Positions 10,295-21,286 of a stretch of 64,000 bases of DNA are shown here, piece by piece. Location: positions 86,315 through 150,314 of the forward strand of contig CP097971.1 in the NCBI GenBank assembly GCA_023703615.1, read 5' to 3'. The notes under the pieces were generated by a model. It was not told the origin of the DNA. It searched no databases and worked only from the letters and a program-made list of their open reading frames with translations. The translations under genes and the position numbers were made by a program. Within the stretch, counting starts at the first letter, position 1. Every line of letters begins with the position of its first letter. The DNA comes from SAR86 cluster bacterium (GTDB lineage: Bacteria > Pseudomonadota > Gammaproteobacteria > Magnimaribacterales > D2472).

Positions 10295-12396
10295 TGAAGA
10301 TCACTAAATATAGTTTACTATTTTCTTTTTTTATCATAACTTTTAGCTTTGAGATTATCCCTAATGAGATAGAAGAAGTGGTTGTAAAAGGCCAATGGAG
10401 GGAAAATCTTATCTCTCAAGAGGATTCTAGTATTTTTGTCATAGACAGCCAGGTTGCAGAAGATCAAGCAATTAAACATTTTCAACAGTTAACTTATTTA
10501 ATTCCTAATTTAAATTATGCTGCTTCAGATTCGAGAGCAAGATATTTCCAAATAAGGGGAATTGGAGAGAGGTCAGGATATCAAGGTACACCAAATTCAT
10601 CAGTAGGATTCTTAATTGACGATATTGATTACTCTGGTCAGGGGAGCATTGCTACAACTTTTGACATTGATCAGATTGAAATTTACAGAGGACCTCAGGG
10701 CTCAAGAACTGGAGCAAATGCTTTAGCAGGATTAATTTATATAAAAACAAAAGATCCTACTGATAAGTTTGAAAGATTGACTGAACTAACGCTTGGTGAA
10801 TATGGCACTCAAAATATTGGTATTGCTTTTGGAGGTCCAATCAAAAATAATAAATTAAAATATAGAATGGTACTAAGGTCAGACTATTCTGATGGTTTCA
10901 GAAAGAATATTTATCTAAACAAATCAGATACATCAAAAAAAGACGAATTAACTTTGAGATATAAATTACATTGGGATCTCAATCAAACCACTAAAATAAA
11001 ATTACTTTTTTCTCAAGTTGATATTGATGACCCTGCTGATATTTGGACAATAGATGGAAGCTTGAATACTCTTTCTGATCGCCCTGGTATGGACTCTCAA
11101 AAGACAGATTCCTTTGGATTAAAAATATTTAAGGACCTTGAACATTTTGACATTCAAAGTTATACGAGTGCGACCAATACAGATGTAGTATTTAGTTATG
11201 ATGCAGACTGGGGTAATCCAGAGTCACATTATCCTTACACATATGATTATTTTTCTGAAACATTTAGAAAAAGAGACACTTTGAGACAAGAATTAAGAAT
11301 TTTGTCTAAAAGTAAAGATTTTTCATCAAAAAGTCGACTTAAATGGGTATTTGGCGTTGATTTTAATAATTTAAAGGAAACAAATTTAACTAATGATGAT
11401 GGTATTTATGGAGATCCCTCAGATCCATTTAGCCCATATTTAAGTGAATCGTCAATTTCAAGAGATTATGAAGCTGATAATTTTTCTTTATTTGGAAATA
11501 TCGATTATTTTTTAAGTGAAAATTATCTTTTTACTTTTGGCCTGAGACGAGAAAATTGGGATTCAAAATATAATGATTCAAATAAGGAATCATTTAACCC
11601 ATCCGATAGTATGAATGGAGGCAAGGCGTCATTAATTAAAAATTATGATGATAGTTCAAATATTTATTTTTCTATTGCAAGAGGATATAAACAAGGTGGT
11701 TTTAATTTGAATCTTGATGCGCTAGATATTGATTCAAATAATTCTCTCATTTATGATCCAGAATTTTTAACAAATTATGAGATTGGATTTAATTCAAATA
11801 TAAATTTGTCTTTAAATTATTCAGCTATTTTATTTTTTTCCCAAAGGGATGACCAACAAGTATTAATTTCAAGACAAGTAGATCCAAATGATCCAAATAC
11901 ATTTTCTTTTCTTACTCAAAATGCTGCTGAGGGAGAAAATTATGGTTTTGAATTTAGTTCTAAATTTATGTTTACGAACGATATAATGTTATTTGCAAAT
12001 CTAGGGTTATTAAAAACAAAAATTAAAAATTGGGAATCAAGGCCAGATCTAGAGGGAAGGGCTCAAGCTCATTCACCTGAAAGATCCTACTCGATCGGCA
12101 TGAATGCTAATTTAACACCTAACATTAATTTTAAAATTAATTTTAATGGTAAAAGTAGTTTTTATTATTCTGACTCTCATGATAACAAATCAGATAGTTA
12201 CGTTCTTACTAATATAACTTTAAGTTATAAAAAACAGAATAGCTCAATCAATATTTGGGCGCGAAATATATTCAATAAATATTATTCGACAAGAGGATTT
12301 TATTTCGGGAATGAGGCACCAAATTTTGTTGATACTCTTTATAAAAGACAAGGCGATCCAAAAATTGTTGGTATATCCATAAGACATAATTTTTAA
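10294..12396 (+). CDS. TonB-dependent outer-membrane receptor (predicted thiamine or thiamine-precursor receptor)
   Basis: 700 aa. Signal peptide, TonB-box-like EEVVVKG, plug motifs (IEIYRGPQG) and a terminal aromatic F. Sits directly behind the TPP riboswitch. Confidence 0.9.
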   Translation: MKITKYSLLFSFFIITFSFEIIPNEIEEVVVKGQWRENLISQEDSSIFVIDSQVAEDQAIKHFQQLTYLIPNLNYAASDSRARYFQIRGIGERSGYQGTPNSSVGFLIDDIDYSGQGSIATTFDIDQIEIYRGPQGSRTGANALAGLIYIKTKDPTDKFERLTELTLGEYGTQNIGIAFGGPIKNNKLKYRMVLRSDYSDGFRKNIYLNKSDTSKKDELTLRYKLHWDLNQTTKIKLLFSQVDIDDPADIWTIDGSLNTLSDRPGMDSQKTDSFGLKIFKDLEHFDIQSYTSATNTDVVFSYDADWGNPESHYPYTYDYFSETFRKRDTLRQELRILSKSKDFSSKSRLKWVFGVDFNNLKETNLTNDDGIYGDPSDPFSPYLSESSISRDYEADNFSLFGNIDYFLSENYLFTFGLRRENWDSKYNDSNKESFNPSDSMNGGKASLIKNYDDSSNIYFSIARGYKQGGFNLNLDALDIDSNNSLIYDPEFLTNYEIGFNSNINLSLNYSAILFFSQRDDQQVLISRQVDPNDPNTFSFLTQNAAEGENYGFEFSSKFMFTNDIMLFANLGLLKTKIKNWESRPDLEGRAQAHSPERSYSIGMNANLTPNINFKINFNGKSSFYYSDSHDNKSDSYVLTNITLSYKKQNSSINIWARNIFNKYYSTRGFYFGNEAPNFVDTLYKRQGDPKIVGISIRHNF

Positions 12397-12401
12397 AAAT
12401 T

Positions 12402-12980
12402 GTGCTAAATTTAGTGTTAGAAAGTTTAGCTGTTGTAACAGCAATAATGTATCTAATTTTGGCAGCAAAAGAAGACGTAAGATGCTGGTATGCTGCACTA
12501 ATTAGTTCTATTTTATATTTCTATATAATGTTACAAGCTGGACTTTTAATGGAAGGAGGCCTTCAAATTTTTTATGTATTCATGGCAGTATATGGATGGA
12601 TGCAATGGAAAGATACGAATAATAAAACATCTTCTCTTAAAATTTCATCATGGAAAAAAACTACCCATTTAATAATTATAAGTTTTGTAATAACCTTATC
12701 ACTAATCTCTGGAATATTTTTAGAAAAATTTACAAATGCTGCCTTGCCATTTTTAGATGCGCTTACGACATGGGGCGCAATTGCTTCAACATATATGGTT
12801 GCAAAAAAAGTCATTGAAAATTGGTTTTATTGGTTTGTTATAGATTCAATTTCAATATATCTTTTCATATCTCGCGAACTTTTTTTAACAGCTTTTTTAT
12901 TTTTAATATATTTAGTAATAATTATTTATGGATATAGATCTTGGAAAAAATTATTGAAAAATTCTTATGACAATATTTAA
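12402..12980 (+). CDS. pnuT: PnuC-family vitamin transporter (PnuT-type, thiamine predicted)
   Basis: 192 aa, GTG start. N-terminal MYLILAAKEDxxCW and GWMQWK motifs of the PnuC family. The TPP riboswitch context argues for thiamine rather than nicotinamide riboside. Confidence 0.75.
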   Translation: MLNLVLESLAVVTAIMYLILAAKEDVRCWYAALISSILYFYIMLQAGLLMEGGLQIFYVFMAVYGWMQWKDTNNKTSSLKISSWKKTTHLIIISFVITLSLISGIFLEKFTNAALPFLDALTTWGAIASTYMVAKKVIENWFYWFVIDSISIYLFISRELFLTAFLFLIYLVIIIYGYRSWKKLLKNSYDNI

Positions 12981-13791
12981 AGAAACTCTCATAGAAAAAA
13001 AAATAAAAATAAAATCTTTAAAAAAAATAAGAATTGGTGAAACATCAAAAACTTATATAGGCGAATATAAAAATCAAAAAGTTATAGTTAAATATTTTCT
13101 TCAAAATAAACTTAATAAAGTTACAAATCATTTTTTAAAAAATAAAATTAGAAGTCAGATTATTGCTAAAAAATTATTCCCGAAAATTTTGTATGCAAAT
13201 CAAAAAGATGGCTTATTGATCTATGAATTTTTTAAGGAAAGTGCATATAAAAAAAATAGAGTTAATTATATAAATAATATTGGAATTAAATTAAAAGAAC
13301 TCCATTCAATTAAATTACCAAAAAATATTTTATCAATTGATGATCAATTAACTTTTTATAAAAAAATTTTAACTAAAAATTCAAACTTATTGGTATTAAA
13401 TGAATTCCAAGAATTTTTTAAATTGATCAAGCGCTCTGATTCGAAATATGTTTTTTCACACAATGATTTAAATTCTGCAAATATTTTATATTCTGATGAT
13501 GATGATGTTTGTTTCATTGATTATGAATATGCAAGTTTAAATAGCAGATATTGCGATTTATCTAAAATAATTGAAAATTTAAGTCTTAATAAGTCTGAGA
13601 TCAATGCATTATTTAATGGTTATGGGCTAAAAATTAGCAAAAATACCCATAATTCCATTAGAAATTGGGTAATTATGAATAATTATATTGAACTTATATG
13701 GTTATGCGCCTTTAATGAAATCAAAAAAAATTACTTTAAGACCAGCCATATTAAGAGATTATTGGACAAAATTAAACGATTAAAGCAATAA
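12967..13791 (+). CDS. thiamine kinase-like phosphotransferase (choline kinase/APH fold)
   Basis: 274 aa. Brenner motif HNDLNSANIL plus FIDYEYA. Same fold and length class as E. coli ThiK. Overlaps pnuT by 14 nt. The substrate call rests on context. Confidence 0.6.
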   Translation: MTIFKETLIEKKIKIKSLKKIRIGETSKTYIGEYKNQKVIVKYFLQNKLNKVTNHFLKNKIRSQIIAKKLFPKILYANQKDGLLIYEFFKESAYKKNRVNYINNIGIKLKELHSIKLPKNILSIDDQLTFYKKILTKNSNLLVLNEFQEFFKLIKRSDSKYVFSHNDLNSANILYSDDDDVCFIDYEYASLNSRYCDLSKIIENLSLNKSEINALFNGYGLKISKNTHNSIRNWVIMNNYIELIWLCAFNEIKKNYFKTSHIKRLLDKIKRLKQ

Positions 13792-13942
13792 AAAAAGCAA
13801 TAACAACAATTATTAATGGAATAAATTTATCAATCTTTTCAACTAGATCTTCTTTGTTGGGAAAATTCATTGATTTAATTGAAAAAAAAGAAAGTTTACT
13901 GTTTTTGTTGTTTGTAGAATCTTTTTCTCCTGTTTTTTTCAT
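13772..13942 (-). CDS. unlisted 56-aa ORF, polar N-terminus with C-terminal TM helix (tail-anchored topology)
   Basis: My translation: MKKTGEKDSTNNKNSKLSFFSIKSMNFPNKEDLVEKIDKFIPLIIVVIAFFIALIV*. It lies below the ORF-track length cutoff and I recognise no homology. Confidence 0.25.
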   Translation of the reverse strand: MKKTGEKDSTNNKNSKLSFFSIKSMNFPNKEDLVEKIDKFIPLIIVVIAFFIALIV

Positions 13943-14071
13943 AATACGCAATTATATTCTTTATTTAAGAAAGATAGATCTATTTTTAAAATAATTTATC
14001 AAATATATTTGTTGTTTTTAATTCTATTTGTTTTAACATTAATTACTTTTATATTTTTGTGAGGAGATTGT

Positions 14072-15268
14072 ATGAAAATTTTATGTATACTTTATGACGA
14101 TCCAATAAACGGAATGCCAGAAAAATATGCTCGGGATGATTTACCAAAGTTAGATAAATATCCTGATGGTATGACTCTTCCTTCACCAAGCGAAGTTGAC
14201 TTTACACCAGGTGAGCTTCTTGGTTGTGTATCAGGTGAGCTTGGATTAAGAAAATTTCTTGAAGATGCAGGACACACATTAGTTGTTACTTCTGATAAAG
14301 ATGGAGACGATTGTGAAGCTGATAAAGAATTAGTTGATGCTGATATTGTAATATCTCAACCGTTTTTTCCTTACTATTTAACACGACAAAAAATGGAATC
14401 TGCACCCAATTTAAAAATGGCAATTACAGCTGGTATTGGTTCAGATCACGTTGATTTGCAGGCCGCAATGGATAACAACGTTGATGTTGTTGAAGTTACT
14501 TATTGTAATTCTAGATCTGTTGCCGAGCATATTGTGATGATGATTCTATCAATGGTCAGGGATTATCATAATCAACATAGAATAGTAAAAGAGGGCGGAT
14601 GGAATATAGCTGACGCTGTGCAAAGGTCTTATGATGTAGAAGGCATGCATGTAGGGACTGTAGCTGCAGGAAGAATTGGCATTGATATGCTTAGAAAAAT
14701 GAAACCATTTGATGTTCACTTGCATTATTTTGATATTCATAAACTCTCTGATGAAGTTGAAGCTGAATTGAACCTTACTTACCACGACTCTGTAGAATCA
14801 TTAGTTGCTGTTTGTGATGTTGTAAATATAAGTTGCCCTTTACATCCTAAAACTGAACATTTATTTAATGATCAAATGATTAGTAAAATGAAACGAGGAG
14901 CATACATTGTCAATACAGCTCGAGGCAAAATTTGTGATAAAGATGCAATTGCTAGAGGACTAGAGTCAGGTCAGTTAAGCGGTTATGCTGGTGACGTATG
15001 GTTTCCTCAACCAGCTCCAAACGATCATGTATGGAGATCGATGCCTAACCACGGTATGACTCCGCATACTTCAGGTACATCTCTTTCTGCTCAAGCTAGG
15101 TATGCAGCTGGAGTAAGAGAAATTCTCGAGTGCTTCTTTGATAACAAACCAATTAGAGAACCATATTTAATTGTTCAAAATGGAGATTTAGCTGGAATGG
15201 GGGCTCATTCGTACACCAAAGGTACTGCTACAGATGGTTCTGAAGAGGCCGCTGAGTATAAAAAATAA
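14072..15268 (+). CDS. fdh: NAD+-dependent formate dehydrogenase (metal-free, D-2-hydroxyacid dehydrogenase family)
   Basis: 398 aa, collinear with Pseudomonas sp. 101 FDH. Shared blocks include LYDDP, YARDDLPK, GELLGCVSGELGLRKFLE, TSDKDG, GSDHVDL, AAGRIG and PQPAP. GAGGAG Shine-Dalgarno upstream. Confidence 0.95.
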   Translation: MKILCILYDDPINGMPEKYARDDLPKLDKYPDGMTLPSPSEVDFTPGELLGCVSGELGLRKFLEDAGHTLVVTSDKDGDDCEADKELVDADIVISQPFFPYYLTRQKMESAPNLKMAITAGIGSDHVDLQAAMDNNVDVVEVTYCNSRSVAEHIVMMILSMVRDYHNQHRIVKEGGWNIADAVQRSYDVEGMHVGTVAAGRIGIDMLRKMKPFDVHLHYFDIHKLSDEVEAELNLTYHDSVESLVAVCDVVNISCPLHPKTEHLFNDQMISKMKRGAYIVNTARGKICDKDAIARGLESGQLSGYAGDVWFPQPAPNDHVWRSMPNHGMTPHTSGTSLSAQARYAAGVREILECFFDNKPIREPYLIVQNGDLAGMGAHSYTKGTATDGSEEAAEYKK

Positions 15269-15270
15269 TA

Positions 15271-16239
15271 TTACAATTTTTGTAATCTATTATTAATTAT
15301 CTCATCTGCTTGAGACATAATGCTGTCTATAAGCTCTTGAACTGTTGGTATGTCATTGACCAGTCCTGCCACCATTCCGCATGACCAGGCACCTTCATCC
15401 ATAGTACCCTCATGCATTATTTTTGGGTAAACTCCTGCAACTTCATCAAGAATATCTTCAAAAGTTAATTTATCGCCCAAGGCTTTTTCTTTTTCTATTA
15501 ATCTTTCAACTGCTTCGTTATTTAAAACCCTTTCAGTATTAGTTAAAGAGCGCATAATTAATCTTGTGTCTAACTCAGAAGCATTCACAATAGCATTCTT
15601 AACATTTTCATGAACAGGAGCATCTTGAGTAGCAATGAATCTCGTTCCCATATTCATTCCTTCCGCTCCCAAAGAGATTGCTGCTACTAAACTTCTTGCA
15701 TCAGCCATACCTCCTGATGCAACAAATGGTATTTCTAATTCATCTGCAGCTCTTGGTAATAAAATAAAGTTAGGTATATCATCCTCACCAGGATGACCTC
15801 CACACTCAAAACCATCAACTGAAACAGCATCACAGCCAATAGATTGAGCTTTCAAAGAATGTCTAACCGACGTACATTTATGAATAACTTTTATGCCAGC
15901 ATCTTTAAGTGATGGAAGATATTCAGCAGGATTTCTGCCTGCCGTTTCAACAACAGGAACTCCTGCATCAATAATCACTTTTATAAGACCAGGATAATCT
16001 GGCGGAGTTAGAGAGGGTAAAAAAGTTAGATTAACTGCAAAAGGTTTATCTGTCATTTCCTGGCATCTTGAAATCTCATTAGCTAGTTTTTCTGGTGTTC
16101 CCTGAGTTAAGCCTGTGATGGTTCCTAATCCACCCGCATTCGAAACAGCCGCAGCCAGCTCTGCAAATCCAACGTGATGCATACCACCTTGAATAATTGG
16201 ATGTTTAATATCAAACATTTCTGTAATTTTTGTTTTCAT
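15271..16239 (-). CDS. nitronate monooxygenase / 2-nitropropane dioxygenase family FMN enzyme
   Basis: 322 aa. N-terminal IxHPIIQGGM motif, GGHPG, SGGMADARS and GTRF motifs of the NMO family. Confidence 0.85.
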   Translation of the reverse strand: MKTKITEMFDIKHPIIQGGMHHVGFAELAAAVSNAGGLGTITGLTQGTPEKLANEISRCQEMTDKPFAVNLTFLPSLTPPDYPGLIKVIIDAGVPVVETAGRNPAEYLPSLKDAGIKVIHKCTSVRHSLKAQSIGCDAVSVDGFECGGHPGEDDIPNFILLPRAADELEIPFVASGGMADARSLVAAISLGAEGMNMGTRFIATQDAPVHENVKNAIVNASELDTRLIMRSLTNTERVLNNEAVERLIEKEKALGDKLTFEDILDEVAGVYPKIMHEGTMDEGAWSCGMVAGLVNDIPTVQELIDSIMSQADEIINNRLQKL

Positions 16240-16363
16240 TTATTTTTCCTGACGTTGATAAAAATTATTATAGACATATATAGGAGGTTAACAACATTTT
16301 GATTACTAAATAAAAAAGATACATATAATTTATGCAATCATTAACTAAAAAATTTTTTTTTAC

Positions 16364-17077
16364 ATGAAAAGATTAGTCATCATTGGAGGAAGTGGGTCTA
16401 TCGGTAAAGCTTTTGTTAATTTCTACAGCAATCAAGTTGATGTCAAAAAGATATACTGTTTTTCAAGAACTGATCAAACCCACAGCTCTGAAAAAGTTAT
16501 AAATAAAAAAATAGATATTGAAGATGAAGAAAGTATCAAAAATGCCGCTATTAAAATTGGTGAAAATAAAATTGATTTAGTAATTGTTGCAACAGGACTT
16601 TTACACACAGAAATTTTTGGCCCTGAGAAAAGTATCAAAGAAATTGATCTCAAAACATTCAAAAAAATATTCAGCGTTAATGCTTTTGGTCCTGCTTTGA
16701 TTGGTAAACATTTTCTACCTCTTCTATCTAAAAATAGTAGAAGCGTTCTCGCATTCTTAAGTGCAAGAGTCGGAAGCATATCAGAAAATAAAATTGGAGG
16801 ATGGTACTCCTATCGATCTAGCAAAGCTGCTTTAAATCAGCTAATTAAAAATTTTAGTATTGAGGCTAAAAGAATCAACCCTAATGCAATTATTCTTGGG
16901 CTTCAACCAGGAACTGTTGATAGTAATTTAAGCAAGCCATTTAAAAAAAATGTTACTAAGGATAATTTATTTTCTGCAGATTATAGTGTGAAAATGCTTG
17001 TAGATGTAATTGAAAAGTCTACAGTTGAGGATTCAGGTGAACTTCTTGCTTGGGATGGATCAAATATTAAACCCTAA
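16364..17077 (+). CDS. short-chain dehydrogenase/reductase (C-factor-like SDR)
   Basis: 237 aa. Has IIGGSGSIG Rossmann motif and YRSSK catalytic motif (YxxxK). Confidence 0.85.
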   Translation: MKRLVIIGGSGSIGKAFVNFYSNQVDVKKIYCFSRTDQTHSSEKVINKKIDIEDEESIKNAAIKIGENKIDLVIVATGLLHTEIFGPEKSIKEIDLKTFKKIFSVNAFGPALIGKHFLPLLSKNSRSVLAFLSARVGSISENKIGGWYSYRSSKAALNQLIKNFSIEAKRINPNAIILGLQPGTVDSNLSKPFKKNVTKDNLFSADYSVKMLVDVIEKSTVEDSGELLAWDGSNIKP

Positions 17078-17085
17078 TTTAAAAC

Positions 17086-17114
17086 AAAAAAACCCAGCTT
17101 TATAGCTGGGTTTT
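17086..17114. terminator. bidirectional intrinsic terminator shared by the SDR gene (+) and proteorhodopsin (-)
   Basis: Perfect hairpin CCCAGCT-TTAT-AGCTGGG, flanked by a 7-A run on the left and a T run on the right. Read on the minus strand it is followed by UUUUUUUGUUUU. Confidence 0.7.
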
Positions 17115-17134
17115 AAATTTTTAAAGGCTATCTA

Positions 17135-17887
17135 TTAGGCAGATTGTGATTCTTTCACAGCTACATGCCAAATTATTAAACCAAATAGAATCTTGTTAAC
17201 AAAGTCAGCAAGGTTATAAATGATGTTTAAATTTGATGCATATACGCCTTCACCGCCCATGAGGTAACCAGCAAAGTATCCAGCAGGATAAATTGCCCAA
17301 CCAAATACGATAATTGCCATCATAGCTTTATAAGCAGAATTAACAGCTACGCTAGCTGTTGAAACCGCAGATTTTCCTTCACCTAAGTAAAGCTCATATA
17401 TCATATATAGCCATCCTGCCATTCCGATAATAAACGCTGGCCATACTGCCATCACACCTGCTTCACCTAAGAAACCACCAATTAACATAACCAAAGAACC
17501 AAATAATAGTTTTCTAAATAATGAACCTGCGACAGCAGTACATGCTGCTAGGATTAAATAGAATTCAATCATTTGTAATGGAACTGTTAATAACCAGTCA
17601 ATATATCTAAATACTGTTGGTGTTGCACCTTCATCCACCCATACACCTCTCATGTATAGATAGTGCCAAAATGCGATACCACATATTAAACCAGCTACTG
17701 TTAGTGATGTTTTCCATTTTCCATTTACATTGTCTCTTTCAACAAAAAAGAAAACAGTTGCAGCAAGCATAGCTGCAGTAACTAACCAAAAAGAGATTCC
17801 TGTAGGATCACTAATTGACAAGTCTCCGCCACTTGCAGCAAAAGAAGGCATCGCCATAACTGCTGTTAAAGCTAATAAGTTTTTCAT
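17135..17887 (-). CDS. proteorhodopsin, blue-absorbing type (Gln105)
   Basis: 250 aa with signal peptide. RYIDWLLTVPLQMIEFY gives D97, Q105 and E108 by direct count. Retinal lysine in NLADFVNKILFG. AAGGAG Shine-Dalgarno upstream. Confidence 0.97.
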   Translation of the reverse strand: MKNLLALTAVMAMPSFAASGGDLSISDPTGISFWLVTAAMLAATVFFFVERDNVNGKWKTSLTVAGLICGIAFWHYLYMRGVWVDEGATPTVFRYIDWLLTVPLQMIEFYLILAACTAVAGSLFRKLLFGSLVMLIGGFLGEAGVMAVWPAFIIGMAGWLYMIYELYLGEGKSAVSTASVAVNSAYKAMMAIIVFGWAIYPAGYFAGYLMGGEGVYASNLNIIYNLADFVNKILFGLIIWHVAVKESQSA

Positions 17888-18030
17888 AAAATACTCCTTT
17901 TTCTAGGAGCTAAATTAACAATATTGCTCCCCCTATTAAAATTTGAACTTTGATGATAACAAAAATCTTTTTAAAACTACAAGAAAATAAGCAAAAAATT
18001 GCAGTTTTTTTTATTTGTCTAAAAGAAGAA

Positions 18031-18068
18031 AAACACAAAAAAACGAATTAATTCATTTTTTTGTGTTT
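18031..18068 (-). terminator. AU-rich hairpin downstream of katG, possible intrinsic terminator
   Basis: 13-bp perfect inverted repeat AAACACAAAAAAA / TTTTTTTGTGTTT around a palindromic GAATTAATTC loop. On the minus strand a T-rich tract follows. The stem is weak because it is mostly A-U. Confidence 0.4.
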
Positions 18069-18083
18069 ATTTATGACAGGAGC

Positions 18084-20315
<2,232 letters not shown>

Positions 20316-20330
20316 AATATTGAACATTAA

Positions 20331-21236
20331 ATGATTACTTTAAAACAAATAACTTATTCATTAGCAGTTCAAAAAACCTTACATTTTAAGAAAGCCGCTG
20401 AGCTTTGTTTTATTTCTCCTTCAAATCTTTCTAATGCGATTAATGAAATGGAGCTTCAACTGGGATTTCAAGTTTTCGAAAGAACTAATAAGCAAGTCAT
20501 GATCACAGCTTCAGGTAAATCTTTTTTAAAAAAAGCTAAAGAAATTAAATTGCATCTGGATGATATTTCTTTGATTGGCTCGGAAAACCGCTTACCGTTA
20601 AGTACTCCAATTTCTATAGGGATAATTCCAACAATAAGTCCTTACCTACTACCAATTGTTTTACCAACATTAAAAAAAAAATATCCCAATCTAAAGTTAA
20701 ATATAATAGAAGCCCAGTCCAAAGAGCTAATTACAAAAGTTAAAAATGGAGATATTGATACTGCAATTCTAGCTTTACCATATAACTTAGATGGTTTGTT
20801 AGCATTTAAATTTTGGCAAGAGGACTTTTACTTTGTTACTCATATTGACAATAATAATTTTGATTTTAAGAATTCAGAAATAAAAGCAAAAGAGCTAGAA
20901 AAATCAGAATTAATGCTTTTAGAAGATGGGCATTGTTTGAAAGAACACGCATTGACAGCATGTAAAATTTCTAATGAGGGTCAATATACAATGAAAGCAT
21001 CAAGCCTAAATACTCTTATTCAATTAGTAGCCGGGAAAATGGGATCCACTCTTATTCCTCAAATGGCATTAAAGCAGCTTTTAAAATCTAATGATTTTCT
21101 TAAAAGAGCTCATCTCAATGAGCCAGGTCCTCATAGAGAAATTGCATTAATAATTAGACCAAACTATGCAGGCGCTAAGAATATAGAATTACTATGTAAT
21201 CTTTTCAAAAAGGAACTTACAAAAATTGAATTATAA
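20331..21236 (+). CDS. oxyR: LysR-family hydrogen peroxide sensor/regulator OxyR
   Basis: 301 aa. The LEDGHCLKEHALTAC block carries the two redox cysteines with the spacing of E. coli OxyR C199/C208. Divergent from katG. Confidence 0.85.
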   Translation: MITLKQITYSLAVQKTLHFKKAAELCFISPSNLSNAINEMELQLGFQVFERTNKQVMITASGKSFLKKAKEIKLHLDDISLIGSENRLPLSTPISIGIIPTISPYLLPIVLPTLKKKYPNLKLNIIEAQSKELITKVKNGDIDTAILALPYNLDGLLAFKFWQEDFYFVTHIDNNNFDFKNSEIKAKELEKSELMLLEDGHCLKEHALTACKISNEGQYTMKASSLNTLIQLVAGKMGSTLIPQMALKQLLKSNDFLKRAHLNEPGPHREIALIIRPNYAGAKNIELLCNLFKKELTKIEL

Positions 21237-21286
21237 AAATGCTGATCTTTTTTGATTAATTCACAATGTATTAGTATTATTCACTT

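Noticed and set aside
9999-10337. 112-aa minus-strand ORF spanning the MFS gene end, the riboswitch region and the TBDR start.
   Set aside because: The region is better explained by the TPP aptamer and the two flanking plus-strand genes, and the ORF has no recognisable features.
16332-16367. 11-codon upstream ORF (MQSLTKKFFFT) whose TGA overlaps the ATG of the SDR gene.
   Set aside because: It is very short, has no Shine-Dalgarno, and sits in AT-rich sequence where such ORFs arise by chance. There is no evidence that it is a leader peptide.
17953-17982. Possible proteorhodopsin promoter on the minus strand (-35 TTGTAG, 18-nt spacer, -10 TATCAT).
   Set aside because: Promoter-like hexamers are abundant in AT-rich intergenic DNA. 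Without start-site data I cannot support it as a feature.
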